A stretch of DNA of 64,000 nt, taken from assembly GCF_009914755.1 (NCBI RefSeq), contig NC_060931.1. One strand, 5' to 3'. Shown here piece after piece: positions 1 to 17,299 of the stretch (its first letter is position 1; each line of letters starts with the position of its first letter). Under the pieces are notes generated by a model, which saw nothing but the letters and a program-made list of their open reading frames with translations, had not been told where the DNA came from and searched no databases. The translations under genes and the position numbers were made by a program. The DNA is from the human T2T-CHM13v2.0 reference genome, Homo sapiens.

Positions 1-552
1 GAGATTCATTAGGGCATGAGTTACAGTACTGTTGGCCGTGAATTCAATATTAATGAGTCAACAATGCAGTACATCCAGAAAAGGAAGAGGAAACACACCC
101 AACTGTGTATGAGTCCTCTCTGGAAAGTGCTAAAGTAACATCTACATTGCATGCTGAATCTACGGAAAACATTGAAAAGTGTGCTTTTCACGTTTCGTCT
201 GTGGATTCACGAAATGACAACCAACCACAAAAAAGTGTAGTGGACAGACAGCATTGCTGTGAGGCTGAAAGCCAAAGAAATTTATGATCACATTATCATA
301 ATTAAAATATTATTTTATTATTCAAAACACTGCATTTAATTACCTGTTGGCAAGAAATACATATTTTTAAAAGTGTCTTCAGATAGAAACATAACATACC
401 ACAAGGTTACGTATTGATCAGCTGGTAAAAATGTTGTGACCAGAAACTCAAGAGACCCTCACGCTGTATTTCCCCAGGAGTAAGTATTCCCTAATTCAGT
501 GTTTGTGGCAACTTTGAAGGATGTAACTACTGTAAATAATAAGAATCAACAG
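1..552 (+). mobile_element. TcMar-Tigger DNA transposon remnant (Tigger6/MER82-like), truncated by the window start
   Basis: Motifs ggcatgagttacagtactgttggccgtgaattcaat and aaaatgttgtgaccaga; terminal ...aataagaatcaacag followed by TA; decayed transposase N-terminus in ORF 105-287. Confidence 0.75.
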
Positions 553-1102
553 TAGCACCTTAGGAACAGACTCTCAGAATCAATGTCACACTGAAGTATT
601 AATTCCTGATGGTGTCTGCTTTCCTGAAAGCACATTTGAAAGGCTCACTGAATGCCTGGTAGGAGGTTCTCTGTAAAGAAATAGAGGAAGTCCTGAGGAA
701 AGGAAAAGTGAGAGTAAAAGACCAACTTCTGCTTTCCCACAAGATTATAGCTGCAGCGAAATTGAAATGATTTGCCAGACCAAAGAGCTTAGTGACCATG
801 GAACTTAGGCTTACAGTTCAGGTCTGTCCTCTCTTCCCTTGCTCCCAGAGTTTTAGAAAATTTTCTTCATGCCAGTGTTCAAGCATGCACTATGCATGCC
901 AGTGGGCACACCAGCTGTGCCAGGACTGCCCATCCCCAGCTAGCCACCAGCTGAGTCTTGGAACAGAGGAATATCACACATGATTCAGCCTAAGAATAGT
1001 TTAGAAAACAGCCAGGCTGGAGAATGAGCAAATTCTTACCAATGAACCTGCTATTCTAGGGCTTAGGATCATTACTGATCCACTCAACGAAGAATGACAT
1101 TT

Positions 1103-1497
<395 letters not shown>

Positions 1498-2599
1498 TTA
1501 TTGAGTGCTTCTCCCATGCCACCCATTGGATTCAGTGTTTAATATGTTAGATAACTTGTAGAGCTTAGGGTACATCAGAGTTAAGCCAATTAGTGCAGCA
1601 TTTTAAGGAGGCTGGTTTGTACAGACAGGGAGGTTCCTTATAGGCAGTGTTATTTCTGTAAATCTCACATTGAAATGTATGTCCTGGCAATAGAGATCAC
1701 TGACAACTTAGCAATGAATGTATTACATTATATTAATTATGGGATAAATACTTATTAAACACATATCATGAGAAAGAGGGTAGGCTGGGTCCTAAAGACA
1801 CCAAGCAGAGCACAGTCTCTGTCTGCAAGAAATTTACAGCTGGCAGGGGAGAGGAGTCATAAACTAACTGAGAGGTAAGCAATGCCACTATAAGAAATGA
1901 ACCACGGACATGCTGCCTTAGAGGTTTGGAGCAATTTCTTCTGCACAAGAGACACTGGGAGACTCTCAGAGGAGGGAACATTTAAACCTGACATAAAGAA
2001 AGGACTTGGTGACCAGGGGTTAAGGGGTGGAGTTCCAAAGGCAGGCAGAGTGAAAAGCAAGGGACAGTCTATCACTAGGCAGGAAGCCACACAGCAAGCG
2101 TGGAGAAGAGAGTGTCCAGTGTTTGTAATATTCCAAGCCCTGGGTTACAATGAGGAAGCAAAGATGATGAAGACGAGGCTCCTGGCCTTGAGGGGCTCAA
2201 GCTTTAGAGCAGTGCTTCTCAATGTGCCCATCCACGATAAGGAGCACACACCGAAATGAAAAGCAACCTGCTGATCCTTTTCTTAGGATAGTCTGGCTAA
2301 GAAACAAGTGAACTGGCCTAGCAACAGAAGTGATTTACATTTCAGCCCATGCTCACCCCATCACAGACCTGCAGCTGGTGTGCAAGCCATGCTTGGAGCC
2401 ATACCTCTGCAGAGCAATGGCCTCCAGAATGAGTGCATGCAAGAAGACTTATTCAGGCACATAAAGAAAATATTAAAATTTCTTCTTACACAGGGCTTGA
2501 AATCTTTGAAGCCAGATGTTCTTTGGCTTACCAGCTTTTTTCTCTGATGCTAGAAAGGCAAAATAGTGCATATGCCATGTATTTATTACACACCATACC

Positions 2600-3091
<492 letters not shown>

Positions 3092-3139
3092 CTATAAAGG
3101 GTGCAATATTGCTTTATTTCTGGTAAAGCTGATACTGGA

Positions 3140-3694
<555 letters not shown>

Positions 3695-5119
3695 TCACAT
3701 CGTCATTCCTCCTTTCCAGGGGAGACAGAGAGAAAGGCAGAGTCTGGAAGGAAACACAGAGTCAGCAGAAGTACTCTATCCCTGCCCAAAGCCTCCAGCC
3801 AGGCGGAAGCTGGTGGGATCTCAGATGCCACCTGCCTGCCCTCAGCCTCCCTGCCACACTCCCCTGAGACACGCTCCCTGCCATTTGTTTCTCAATTGAT
3901 CCATTGGTCCTGGAGGTCTGAGGCCAAGTCCAGGCCTCCCGTCCTCCCTCCACCTGCAGATCTAGCAGGACCCATAACAAGGCACAGGCGGGCCCTGTGA
4001 CCCACTCTCCAGGGCTCTTGCCCCCTTGCATCTCTGCCCTGCTATAGCCAAGCTGTCAGCAGGGTCGCGGTTCTTGGAGGTCCCCCTCTTCTTGACTTCC
4101 GCACATCTGTAGGAAGCTCGTGGTGGGTGTTGGGTGAGGAGTGGGAATTGTGTAAACATGGCTGTCCTGCGGGCCTGCACATGCCTGCCCTTGACTTGCC
4201 AAGGAGAGCCCCTTAGCACAGCACTGGCCTCCAGGAAGCCAGGAGCCAGGGCCTCGGCAAAGCTAACCACCCTGCCCAGGGCACACACCAAGGAGCAGCA
4301 GGGCTGAGTGGGAATGTGGGTCTATCAGGCTCTGTCAGGGGCCCAGCTCCTCGCTCACCCACCATGCTCAGATGCAAATGTGCCAGGAGCACTGGCAATC
4401 TTCTGCAGTGAAACCTCACTTAAGGCAAACCTCCCACTGCTGGGACTCTGCTTATTTGTAAAATGGGACTAACACTTTCCTACCAGTGGAAATTGTGAGG
4501 ATTTGGCAAGATGATCATAAGACCATGCAGACTAACATATTCTGGAAATTAAAATGTCATGTCAAATATAAGGGATTATTGTTACTGCTCCCATCATGAT
4601 GGTCCTGAAACCCACAAAGTGAGAATGAGGGAAGTGATTTCTAACCATGCCACTGCCTCCCACTGCAGCCTAGAAAGGCCCAGTGACACCAGGAGCCCAC
4701 CCTAAGGGGTTCAGGCATTGGCCAGCGACACTCCAGGTGCACAGCAGAGCCTCAAGGGGAAGGGAGCTCTGGCCCCCACCCACCTGCAAAAACAGAACTT
4801 GTCCCACTTTCCATGTCCTTCATTCCAGAAATAGCCAGGTGCCCTCCGTGGGTTGTGGGGAGCACTGTGGGCTGCTGTGTTTTGATTTTCCCCAGAAGTG
4901 ATCAGAGAAGAGCAGTTCCAGAGCCAGCTGTGCAGGAATGGGGGTCGCGTTGAATTCTCCCCACTTAGCTAAACATTCTCCCTTGGTTAGCCTGGCTGAG
5001 TCTGGAAAAAGTAAATATTTTCAGAAAGTCAAGCCAGTGATTTTGTTTTCTAAATCTATGCTGGCATGGTGTCTGGAAAGAAGAAATATGGGTTCCGACG
5101 GGGTTTAGGGAACAGAAAC

Positions 5120-5340
5120 TGGCACTTGAACACCAACTGTGTATCAGACACAAAGCTGGGCATGTTCACGTTCCTCTCCTTCCTTCTCACAGCAGCTCTG
5201 AAGGAAAGATGTCACAGTCATTTTATTGCAGATAAGGAAGAGAAGCTTGGAGAGGCTGGGCGGCCTGCTACAGTCACACAGGTGGCAAGCCACAGAACTG
5301 GGTCCAGACTCAGCCTGGCTGTTTACCATTCCCATGCCAT
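5120..5340 (-). mobile_element. MIR fragment
   Basis: cattttattgcagataaggaa...gaggct...gtcacacaggtggcaag resembles the MIR core. Confidence 0.55.
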
Positions 5341-5468
5341 TTCCAGGACACCCTGCTCTGCTGATCAATTTAAGATATCCCTTTTTTGCCGGATGGCCAA
5401 AGAACAGACAGACTGTAGAATGCCAGTGCCTCTTATTTTCTCTCTTTGTCTGTTCAAAAATATCATTA

Positions 5469-5723
<255 letters not shown>

Positions 5724-5746
5724 TCACCCTGTAATCACAATGAGCA

Positions 5747-6108
5747 TGTATTAGCCTGTTCTCACGCTGCTAATAAAGACATACCCGAGACTGGGCAATT
5801 TGTAAAGGAATAAAGGAAAGAGGTTTAATTGACTCACAGTTCCACGTGGCTGGGGAGGCCTCACAATCATGGCTGAAGGTGAACGAGGAGAAAGTCACAT
5901 CTTACATGGCAGCAGGCAAAAGAGCTTGTGCAGGGGAGCTCCCATTTATAAAACATCAGATCTCTTGAGACATATTAACTACCACGAGAACACTACGGGG
6001 GAAACCACTCCTATGATTCAACTATCTCCACCTGACCCTGCCCTTGACACATGGGGATTATTACAATTCAAGGTGAGATTTGGGTGGGGACATAGTCTAA
6101 CTGTTTCA
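5747..6108 (-). mobile_element. THE1 (MaLR) solo LTR, THE1C/D-like
   Basis: tgtattagcctgttctcacgctgctaataaagacatacccgagactggg...tttca; 5-bp TSD GAGCA on both sides. Confidence 0.92.
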
Positions 6109-7019
6109 GAGCAATACCTTTAGAAGTTGGCATAGAGGTCCCTAGGTTACCTTGATTTCATTTTGTCCTCACTTGCTAGATTCAGGCTAGCATGTGATGC
6201 TGCTGAAAGGTGGAAGACAGCAATATCAGAGCAAATCAGCCAATTCCCAGAGGTGGTGCATCTGAGCCAGGGCCCAGCCATGATGATCACCAGGCGCTCC
6301 CTGGAGGAAGCCAGGCCGCTTTGACAACAGCAACAGGCTCAATGGTCTCTGCTCCTGTAGCCCAGGGAATGACAGGGGGTCTCTCTTGCTCAGGGTCATG
6401 TGTCCCTTTCCTTGACCCCCTTTCCTTGCCAGGACTTGTGATCCAATGTGAGAGGTGCTGGGTCCAGTTTAGACTTGAAATGAAAAGGTGGATTTGAAAA
6501 GGTCTTGAAGAAAGTGTTAAACATTGTTAAAGAGATTGAAAATGAGAAAGAGAGAGAAAAAAAAAGGAGAGAGAGAATAGTCACTTTGACCAGAGAAGGG
6601 GGACGCAGTTGAAACGCAGTCAACTCCTTATTTTTGTATGCATTGAAAATCTAAGGACTTTACAATAGAATCTTCTTTATGTCACTGGGCATTTGCCACA
6701 TGGTAGACACTGGTTGCCCACCATACCCACATTATCTGGAGTAGGGTACTCCTTCCAAATCCATACTGCATATGCATTGATGCCTTTGGAGAGAAAACAG
6801 AGGAATGACAACGGCGAAGAAGAGGAGGAAAGGGATGGGTAAGGAGTCCTTGCTGCTGTAAAGGAGTCCAGCACTGACACACTCTAATCTGTTGAGATCA
6901 TATTTTGCACTCTAAATTATTAATTTGCTGTGCCGGTTTCTACCCTGTGCTTAGGGCTATGCCTGGCATGTGGTAGGCTCTCAGTAAATATTTGTTGAAG
7001 TATATGAATAGACAAAACT

Positions 7020-7277
7020 TTTCTTTTTCACTTAAAGTTCTGGAATATATGTGCAGAACGTGCAGGTTTGTTATATGGTTATACATGTGCCATGGTGGTT
7101 TGCTGCACCTATCAACCCATCATCTGGGTTTTCAGCCCCGCATGCATTAGTATTTGTCCTAATGCTCTCCCCCTCCCTTTGCCCCCTATCCCTCGACAGG
7201 CCCTCGTGTGTGATGTTCCCCTCCGTGTGTCCATGTGTCTTCATTGTTCAACTCCCACTTATGAGTGAGAACATGTG
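7020..7277 (-). mobile_element. L1PA 3' end fragment
   Basis: gtgcagaacgtgcaggtttgtta...caactcccacttatgagtgagaacatg is the antisense L1PA 3' UTR. Confidence 0.9.
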
Positions 7278-7881
7278 TACACAAATCTTTTTTAGTGCGT
7301 CCAGAGATTGAAGTTTCTAGATTTACAAACCTTGACCCCACCTTAGTGGGAGGAGGCTTACCTGAGTGGCCAGCGGCAGCCCAGGATGACACCTATGCCT
7401 CTTTGTTAAGCACCAACACCACCAGTTTCAACAACACAGCTTTCCCCTAACCAAGAAGCCATTTCTGCACCTGCACAAGAAATATGGGCCCACTCCTCAG
7501 AGAAGAAGCTGGAAATCTGGACAAAAGGCCCTGTGACCTCCAATTGTCCACTTAACCCCACAGGGAAAAGTCTAGGAGAAAAGTATTTCACAAAAGCCAA
7601 AGCATGTGGCCAAGCTGTTAGCTCACTGAACTCATGCCTGGTGCCTTGTTGCAGGTATGAGTTCAACGTCTAGAAAGCATTCATGGAATGTAACTGATGG
7701 ATGCATTTCTTCCCTCTAACTGCTGTGAAATAGTTCCCAAGCCTTCATGAACTGGTCTAATTTCAAAGCAGATTCCCTTAGAAGTTTCAAGTGGGCAGAA
7801 TGAAGAAAAGAGTCAAGCATGAGTAAATCCAAAGCATGGTCAGGAACCAACTACTCAGAAACTACAAATATTAGAAATAAA

Positions 7882-8475
<594 letters not shown>

Positions 8476-8619
8476 TATATATGTGGATATATTTTTTTTT
8501 AACTACTATTTGCCTATATATTTAGATCTCACCTTCTTCCAATAAAGAGATTTAGGACACATACACATATATGCATATTCTTTCCATGGAAGGAATAGTG
8601 ACAAGGAAAGATATTTGAT

Positions 8620-9000
8620 TTAGGAGCAAGACAGCCTGGGTTCACATTCTGTTCTTCCCATAAATCAGCTGTATAGCCTTGGGCTAATGCCTCTGGCCTC
8701 AGTTTCCTAATTTGTAAAATAAAGATAATAATAGCACCTACCTCATAGGAATGTTGTGTGGAATGAACTCAACTTGAGGCTCAAAAAGAAGCATTACTCA
8801 CCTCTATTGACCATTTATTAAATACCAACACTGTACTGGATACTCTTTCATACTTAAATTCAATACAACTCACAACAGCCTTATAAAGTAGGTATTACTA
8901 GTCACATTTCATACATGAAATACTAGACGCTCAGAGAGGTTGGTAATTTGGCCAAAACAACATAGACAATGGGAAAGGCTAATATTTGAATCCTGGTCTT
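8620..9000. mobile_element. Two MIR fragments in opposite orientation
   Basis: gcctcagtttcctaatttgtaaaat...cctacctcatagg and ...gctcagagaggttggtaatttggcc. Confidence 0.6.
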
Positions 9001-9514
9001 CCCAAATAAAAAATAAAAAATAAACCAAGGCTGTAGACAACACTGCTTCCCAGATCCTGAGTCATCCCATGATGGTTCCTTGTTCTCATAATGAAGGGGA
9101 TCGAACTGCCCTAAATGCCACCCCTCTGAATTCTCACAATGAAGGAATTTCTACACATGTGGAAGATAACATTCAAATTTAATGCCTATTAAGAAAGACC
9201 ACATTGGTAGAAACAGACTTTACACAATGCAAGAAGACCACAACCATCACTGAAAACACCACCCTTTCCCAATCCTTAGGGATTGCTTGTGTAGGTTGGC
9301 CTGAGTTCCAAAGGCTGTTGTCTGTAACACCCTCGTTAATTCACAAGCTAGCACAGTACAAGATCGTGTAATAGTATTTACATGGACTCAGTCAATGATA
9401 GGCTTTACTATTAACTCATTTTATCTTCAAAACTACATTATAAAATACTTATCTCCATTTTACAGAAGGGGAACCCAAAACTTAGAGAACAAAGCTACCA
9501 AATAGCTGAATTCA

Positions 9515-10110
9515 TTATGTATTGCTGTATTATGAATTACTCCAAAACTTTCTAGCTTAAATCGATAATAAGCATTAATTGCATCACACAGTCTCTGTGG
9601 ATCAGAAGTTTGAAAATGCCTTGGATGGGTGATTCTAGCTTAGGATTTCTCATGAGGTTGCAGTCAGGATGTCAACTGGGACCACAGTCATTGGAAGGCT
9701 TGACTGGGGATGGAGGATCTGCTTCCAAAGTAGCTCACTCACATAGCTGGCATGCTGACACTGGCTGTTGCTGGGAGGCCTCAGTCACACTCCATATGGG
9801 CCACTCCACAGGCTGCTTGAGTATCCTCATGTCATGGCAGCTGGCTTCCCTCAGAGTGAATGATCCAAAATTCAGAGAGCTAAATAGAAGTTTATCCTTT
9901 TTAGATAAACTAATAGATATCATTTTTAGATATCCTTTTTCATATCCCTCTATAATTCAGCCTTGGAAGCCACATAGTGTCACCTCAATCACATTCTATT
10001 GTTTAGGAGAAAATCATTAAGTCCAGCCCACTTTCAATGGAAGAAGTCGACTCCATTTTTTTAGGGGAAGTACATCAGAGAATTTACGACATATTTTTAA
10101 ATCATCTCAG
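9515..10110 (-). mobile_element. MLT1 (MaLR) LTR, MLT1F/G-like, inserted in a MIR
   Basis: tctcatgaggttgcagtcaggatgtca...ggaaggcttgactggggatggaggatctgcttccaa is MLT1-typical. Confidence 0.8.
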
Positions 10111-11477
10111 AGGCAGAACTGGAATTCTCATTTATCCCTTTCTAATTTAGAACTCCAGGACTTTTCATGATATCTAAGGCAGGAAAAATGTGGCATCACT
10201 ATTTCCACAGTTCACTTCCACCTCCATAGCAGATGTCATGAGCAACCCCAGAACTCATTCTGCCACAGCTGGACCTGGCCTCAGAATCTCTCTCGTGCCA
10301 TCCCCATGGAAGTCACCACCCATCAGATGGAGCTGGCACACAAGTAGAAATTTAGTGCATTCCTGCCTATACCAGAGCTATAGAGAGAAACTTACAGGTA
10401 CGTTAAATTTCATTATCTTAGAGTCCCTAATTTTATGAATCACCTCTGAGACACTCTATAAAACAAGATTTGTAATAATAAACCCCTCTCCCAAAAATTC
10501 TCTAAAAAGGAAAATGCTTTAGGAAACCTCGTGTTCTAACTTTTAGAAGGTCTTCTCAATTCCAGAACTCCACTGTAATTATGCACTCTCACCCCACCCC
10601 AGTAATGTCATTTATGCCTCTAATGACAGGAAGAGAGGCCTGCGGGTAGCATCTGCCGTTTTCTCTACTTGGTACAGTGTTTGTCACCCACAGATGCACA
10701 CTGGCATCGCCAGTGCAGAGGCCTTGTCCCCATCCCGGAGACTCTGATGTAACTGATATGAGGCCGGGGGACTTTTCAAGGCTCCCCAGGTGATTGTAAT
10801 GTTCAGCCAGTCTGAGAACAACTGACTTAGCGCTTCATTTTCATTGCCACATAAGTGATTCTCTGTGCAATCATTAAACTCTGCCACCTTGTAATTGGTT
10901 AAATGAGCATATTAATAGAACTTAGAGAGTGATGAATCCCCAGGCTATATTCAACACTTACTGCTCTTTTTCAAAATGTCAATCTCAATTCGACTTTGGA
11001 TTGCCCTTCCTCAGGGCATTTCCATTAAATGAACCAACCCATCTGATTCAATAAAAACCCAATTATTTTGCACATTTATGAGACTTTGACACACTTTTCA
11101 GAATCACCTCCAGAACTACCTCTGTTTCACACAATGTTCATATCCCTCTATAATCATCCCAGGTCCACAAAAACATAAGATCACCCTGAAGCAAACATAA
11201 AATTCTGCTGATCTGGGAGTTTATAATAGTTTTTCAGTAAACAGTCTTCTCATACCTACATAGTAAACACTTACTTTCCTAGGTTAGTAGCTAGGAATTT
11301 TTAGATTAGCTCGATAACCTAAATATCAAAATGCCACTCCTCTTTCAAATATCACATCTATCCTAAAAGGGAGATTTTTTAATGTGAAAAAAAGGTTTTA
11401 TTATTGTTTTGTTATTGCTATTGTTGTTGTTCATATCTTTTAACTTCTCTTGAAATCGTACATAAAAACATCTTAAG

Positions 11478-12118
11478 TTTTTTTAACTTGTATTTTTAAG
11501 TCAGGGGTACATATGCAGGTTTTTTATATAGGTAAACATGTGTCATGGGAGTTTGTTGTACAGATTATCTCCTCACTCAGGTATTAAGCCTAGTACCCAT
11601 TAGTTATTTTTCTGATCCTCTCCCTCCTCCCACCCTCCACCCTCTTAAAGACTCCAGTGTGTGTTGTTTCCCTCTATGGGTCCATGTGCTCGCATCATTA
11701 AGCTCCCACTTATAAGTGAGAGCCTGTGGTATTTGGTTTTCTGTTCCTGTGTTAGTTTGCTAAGGATGATGGCCTCCAGCTCCATCCATGTCTGTGCAAA
11801 GGACATAAACCCATTCTTTTTATGGCTGTATAGTATTCCATGGTCTATATGTGCCACATTTTCTTTATCCAGTCTGTCATTGATGGACATTTAGATTGAA
11901 TCCATGTCTTTGCTATTGTGAATAATGCTACAATGAACATACATGTGTATGTGTCTTTGTAACAGAATGATTTACATCCCTTTGGATATATACCCAGTAA
12001 TGAGGTTGCTGAGTTGAATGGAATTTCTGTCTTTAGGTCTTTGAGGAATCACCACACTGTCTTCCACAATGGTTGAACTAATTTACACTTCCACCAACAG
12101 TGTATAAGTGTTCCTTTT
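11478..12118 (-). mobile_element. Older L1PA 3' end (~640 bp)
   Basis: Antisense L1 3' UTR and ORF2 end; ORF 11645-11890 (WMELEAIILSKLTQEQKTK) is L1-derived. Confidence 0.92.
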
Positions 12119-12224
12119 TTTAAAAGGGTGGTATTTTTAACGGAAACGTTTTCATCTGTACACCTTAGCCAAGGCAAGGACAGGCCATCACCATAAGATA
12201 TTGAAGACTTCTAGGGGTAGAGGA

Positions 12225-12430
12225 TGGCAGCAGTTCCCTTAACACAGTTCCCACATTTTATCACACATAGAGATTACCCGGGCAGCTAATAAAAGTTCCC
12301 TCACCAGGTTGCACCTCATATAGTTTAATCAGAATCACCAGAGGCACAAGACAGGCATTTGTGAATTTTATAGAATTTGATAAAGTTTCCCAGGTGATGC
12401 CTACATACCACAAAGTTTAGAAACTACTGT
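12225..12430. mobile_element. MER5-like hAT MITE
   Basis: aaagtttcccaggtgatgcc...aaagtttagaaactactg terminus. Confidence 0.55.
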
Positions 12431-13209
12431 CTTAACTCTTTATTGCTAAATCTTTACAGATCTTTAAGAAGAAATAATTTTCTACATCCCTAAGCTGTTT
12501 TAAGAAAAAAAAGTCTACTCAGATTTGAGATATTTGCAAATAAAAGTTCATTTACTGGAATAGACTGTGTTGCACAGTAAGGCACTTGAGAAATCTAAAT
12601 GTCTCCTTATTTGCTAAGTTTTAAAATTAAAACAGAACACATCAGAACATATTCTTCAATAAATTTTTCAGTGAATTATTACCCTTTGGACTTGGAGCTT
12701 AAACAAAATTATACTTTATAGTTTATAAGTGGGCTCTTCTTTCTCCCTTTACTGTAGTTAGCTGACTTCTCTAGTTATGACACAAATGTTTCACAACTAA
12801 AGATCAAATACAAATTGATACTAAATATCAGATATTTCATCATGAAAAATAAATTGCTTAGATTTCAATCGTAAAGGATAAGCATTTATTAGCTTAACTC
12901 ACAAAATTACCATCTACATCACTTTTCATTTTTTTAATCTTAGGCTACTGCCTTGAGATCTCATGCATGTAGCTGCTTTATGTAATTTATTCTTGTATGG
13001 TATCCTTATTTTTAATGTGTGTGTGTCTTATCTCACAAAGACCTGTAAGAGAAAGGATCATGTATATCAACAAATATTTATTGAGCATCTGCTATGTGCC
13101 TGGATCTATATTAGCTCAGTTTTCCCATAGCTGTACTATTCAATTTGCAGTTTACAAGTTGTTATTCAGTAGTAAAATCAACTTAGTGGCCTAACCACCT
13201 TTTTTGTTA

Positions 13210-13766
<557 letters not shown>

Positions 13767-13817
13767 GAGAATAAGTTTCATTTAGCGATACTTTTTTTTG
13801 CTAAATGAAACAAAGGC

Positions 13818-13841
13818 GTGTGTGTGTGTGTGTGTGTGTGT
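13818..13841 (+). repeat. (TG)n microsatellite
   Basis: Direct observation. Confidence 0.95.
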
Positions 13842-14619
13842 ATAGTTAGGTAGGTAGGTAAAATGGGTCTTGATGTAAAATGTTTTTCTTCATTTAAAAG
13901 GTTTGGAATGCATGCTATAGAACAGTATTCTGTGTGTCACAGCGTTCTATAAATATTTATGGATTAAATGGTTAAAGTCAAAATTCTTAGAATTGAATTT
14001 TTGTTTATTTGTTTTAGTGGGTTAAAAAAAAAAGCTGGCAGCAGCTTCTCAGGCTAGAAGAACAGAAAGTCACCTTGGAACAGATATTCATTTAGCAACT
14101 TTGAGCACTTGAGGAGTCTCTTATCCGTATGTAAACATAAAGAGCTGAGGCCTCCTGTTGGGAGAAAAGAGTTCAAGACCTCTGGCCTGAAGGACTGATT
14201 CTCTCTGGTGTGCAGAGCTGGTTTGCAGGGAAAGTGTGTCTCTTTGTCTAAGTGCCAAGAAGCCACCTGAGACAGTAAGAGATGGAGCCCTGACTTTCCA
14301 TTTAGAGGTTCAAAAGACCTGATACAGTCCTAGCCAAGGTCCATGGACAGCAGAGGGGAATCTGGGCTGGCTTAGAGGCTGTTAGATAGAGATGACCTCT
14401 GCACAGCAACATGGAAGAGGCTTTGACCCAGAGAAACTGTGCTTTCTGCTTAGCAGGACTGGGGGACACCTTAGAAAATCACACAGAAAAAATAATAGAG
14501 ATATGACAGTGATTAATATGCTAAACTTTTTTTAGATGCATACCAATTATTTTCAGGACTGAAACTCACACACAATCTGTGATATTCAGGTATATTATAA
14601 CTTACTAATAGCTACTAAT

Positions 14620-15310
14620 TGTCCATCAGACCCTGCATCCCCGTGATGTACCATGGGAACTTGTCAAAAAGAGTTATGGCACCATCACAAAAAGACAGAC
14701 CACTTCCATGCCCATGATGGAAGAACACAGTGGCACCTGCACACTGGTCTTGTCAAGCAAAAATCAAACCTGAAACTGATCAAAGCATCAGATCTGACTA
14801 CTAGATTATAGTAAATATGGAGGAGAAGGGAACAATGCCACAGGTGCACTCCACAAAATACAGACTGTGGGACAGGACAGACAGCCCATCTTCTCCAACA
14901 AATACATTGCAGGAGAAAAATAGAAGAGAAGAATCTAGATTAAATGACTCTTAAGAGGCACAGCAATGGATTGCAATACTACTCATATCCTGATTTTAAC
15001 AAACCACAAAATATAATTTGAGAAATCAGGAAAATTGGAACACGGATTGGATAATCATTTAATTATAGTAAGGGACTGTTGATTTTGACAGATTTTATGT
15101 TGGTACTATGATTATGTTCATTAAGAGTCTTTTAGAATTACATTCTGAAAAGCTATGAATGTAAATATAGTCTTGCATCAAAACATGTGGTGGGGAGAAA
15201 TATCAATGCAAAAACATTGACCATAAGTGGATATTAGTCATAGCTGGAGACGGGTACTGGGATTTTATTATTCTGTTTCTATATGCATATGTTTGGAATT
15301 TTTCATTTTC
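14620..15310 (+). mobile_element. Old L1M 3' UTR fragment
   Basis: aaacctgaaactgatcaaagcatcagatct...tatgtttggaatttttcat resembles L1MC/ME 3' ends. Confidence 0.55.
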
Positions 15311-16915
15311 CAAAAGCCCGGTCTTTTGTGCAGGCAGTGTGGACCATGTCACTTTGCAGCTTCTGTTCTATCGCATCCTCAACTCCATCCCCTTCCAACC
15401 TGATGAAGAGACTCAAAACAAGCTTTTCATTTCATTCAGTGCACTGAAGACTGTACCAGAAATCAGAGACTTAAACAAAGCATAAGAACTGACAATATGT
15501 GTAAAATTCCTAGGATTGTGATCAATGCAGTGATTCATGCTTGCTGTTGTGCATATAATACATATTCTATATGCAATTTATTTACACTTTAAATTTATTC
15601 AGTGGCTTCACCTCAATGAAATGAGAGGAATATAGCCACATTCAAAGTCTACCTAGAGTTCCACACAGTGTTTCAGTAAAATGAATCATTTTGTTTCACT
15701 GCAAGGCACACCATTTCAATGCTGAAAAGACATGTATAAATTGATTCAATCCATCAATCTCTGGGTGCTTAAAAATATGCTAAGCACAAGTAAGTAAAAT
15801 ATAATGATTTTACTATGGAATTATAATAAAGTTCTACCTGCATCAGTAGTATGTCACAGGAACCATGAATTGCCACGTTGATTCAAGAGTAGAGATTCAA
15901 AATGTTGGAATTCAGAGTGGACATTACAGTAACTTAAACGAATTTTAAAATATTACTTGAAAGTGCAAAATGCAACTGGGGTGCAAAGACATTAAAGATA
16001 CATTTAAGAATAAGCCACCAACACCCTTGACTCATGAAGGTGACAGACTTCAGACAATCTGGTTAACCATTTGCATGAATGTGTGATGATGGATAGAATG
16101 TACAGAAATGTATACAGGAATTGTGTCTCTGCTTCTATTATGTTTCTCTCTCAAAATGCTTAGAAGTGGAAGGTTATATTTGGCACACTTGCTTCCTTAT
16201 TGAGTCATTGCAATATTTTCATATAATTTTCTTTCCAAATCAATATTTACACACATTTTAATAAAATAACCTGCGTTCTCCGTCGTTTAAATTGTAGCAT
16301 GAATCTTCAGTGGCCTTCTCTTATTATTATAAGAGGCAATAATTTGGCAAAAGGTTTTGTTACTGCAAAGGGAAGAAGTGTCTTTGGGGGCTTTTTTCCC
16401 ATCTATTTTCTTCCTTTCTGCAAGCTATCATTTGACAGACACTTAGACATTCTGTGATAAGCAGGAGCACTTCCTCAGGAACAGGCTCCACAGGTCTGAA
16501 AAGTAGCCTTCTTGCAGAGGAATATTACCTTGTTTTTAAAGATCTGAAGAAGGGTTAGGAGAAAGAATTGACAATCACTTTCTAGGCTAGTTGAATTCCA
16601 CTTAGAAGAACCAACTTTGTTTTCAATCTTTGTGCCTCAAAAGATGGGAAGCTTTATTCTTGCCTGGAATTTTTTTTATCTCCCTTCCAGGGATAAGTAA
16701 GTTACCAGATACCTGCAGTGCGTTGAGCTATTTTACCAATATTTGCTCAGGTGTCTTCTCAGGTTCTTCCAGAGTTTTTTATTTCTTACAGCTATTGTTT
16801 TTCTATGCAGATTATAATAATTATAGAAACTTTAAATATTTTGTAACTAACGATTTGATTTGAGATCAACATAAACCATAATCTAAGTTCAGCACAGCAG
16901 TTTAGTGTACAGGAG

Positions 16916-17299
16916 TGATATGGTTTGGCTCTGTGTCCCCACTCAAATCTCATGTTGAATTGTAATCCCCAGTGTTGGGGGAGGAACCTGGTGGGAGGTG
17001 ATTGGATCACGGGGGCAGTTTCCCCCTTGCTGTTCTCCCGATAGTGAGTGCGTTCTCATGAGATCTGATGGTTTAAAGTGTGTGACACTTCCCCCCTCAC
17101 TCTTTCTCTCTCTCCTGCTGCCATGTGAAGAAGGTGCTTTCTTCTTCTTCACCTTCCACCATGACTGTAAATTTCCTAAGATTTCCCAATCATGCTTCCT
17201 GTTAAGCCTGTGGAAGTATGAGACAATTAAACCTCTTTTCTTCACAAATTACCCAGTCTCAGGTAGTTCTTTCCAGCAGTGTGAGAACGGACTAATACA
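16916..17299 (+). mobile_element. MSTA-like MaLR solo LTR inserted in a MIR
   Basis: tgatatggtttggctctgtgtcccc...ggactaataca; TSD aggag/atgag. Confidence 0.92.
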
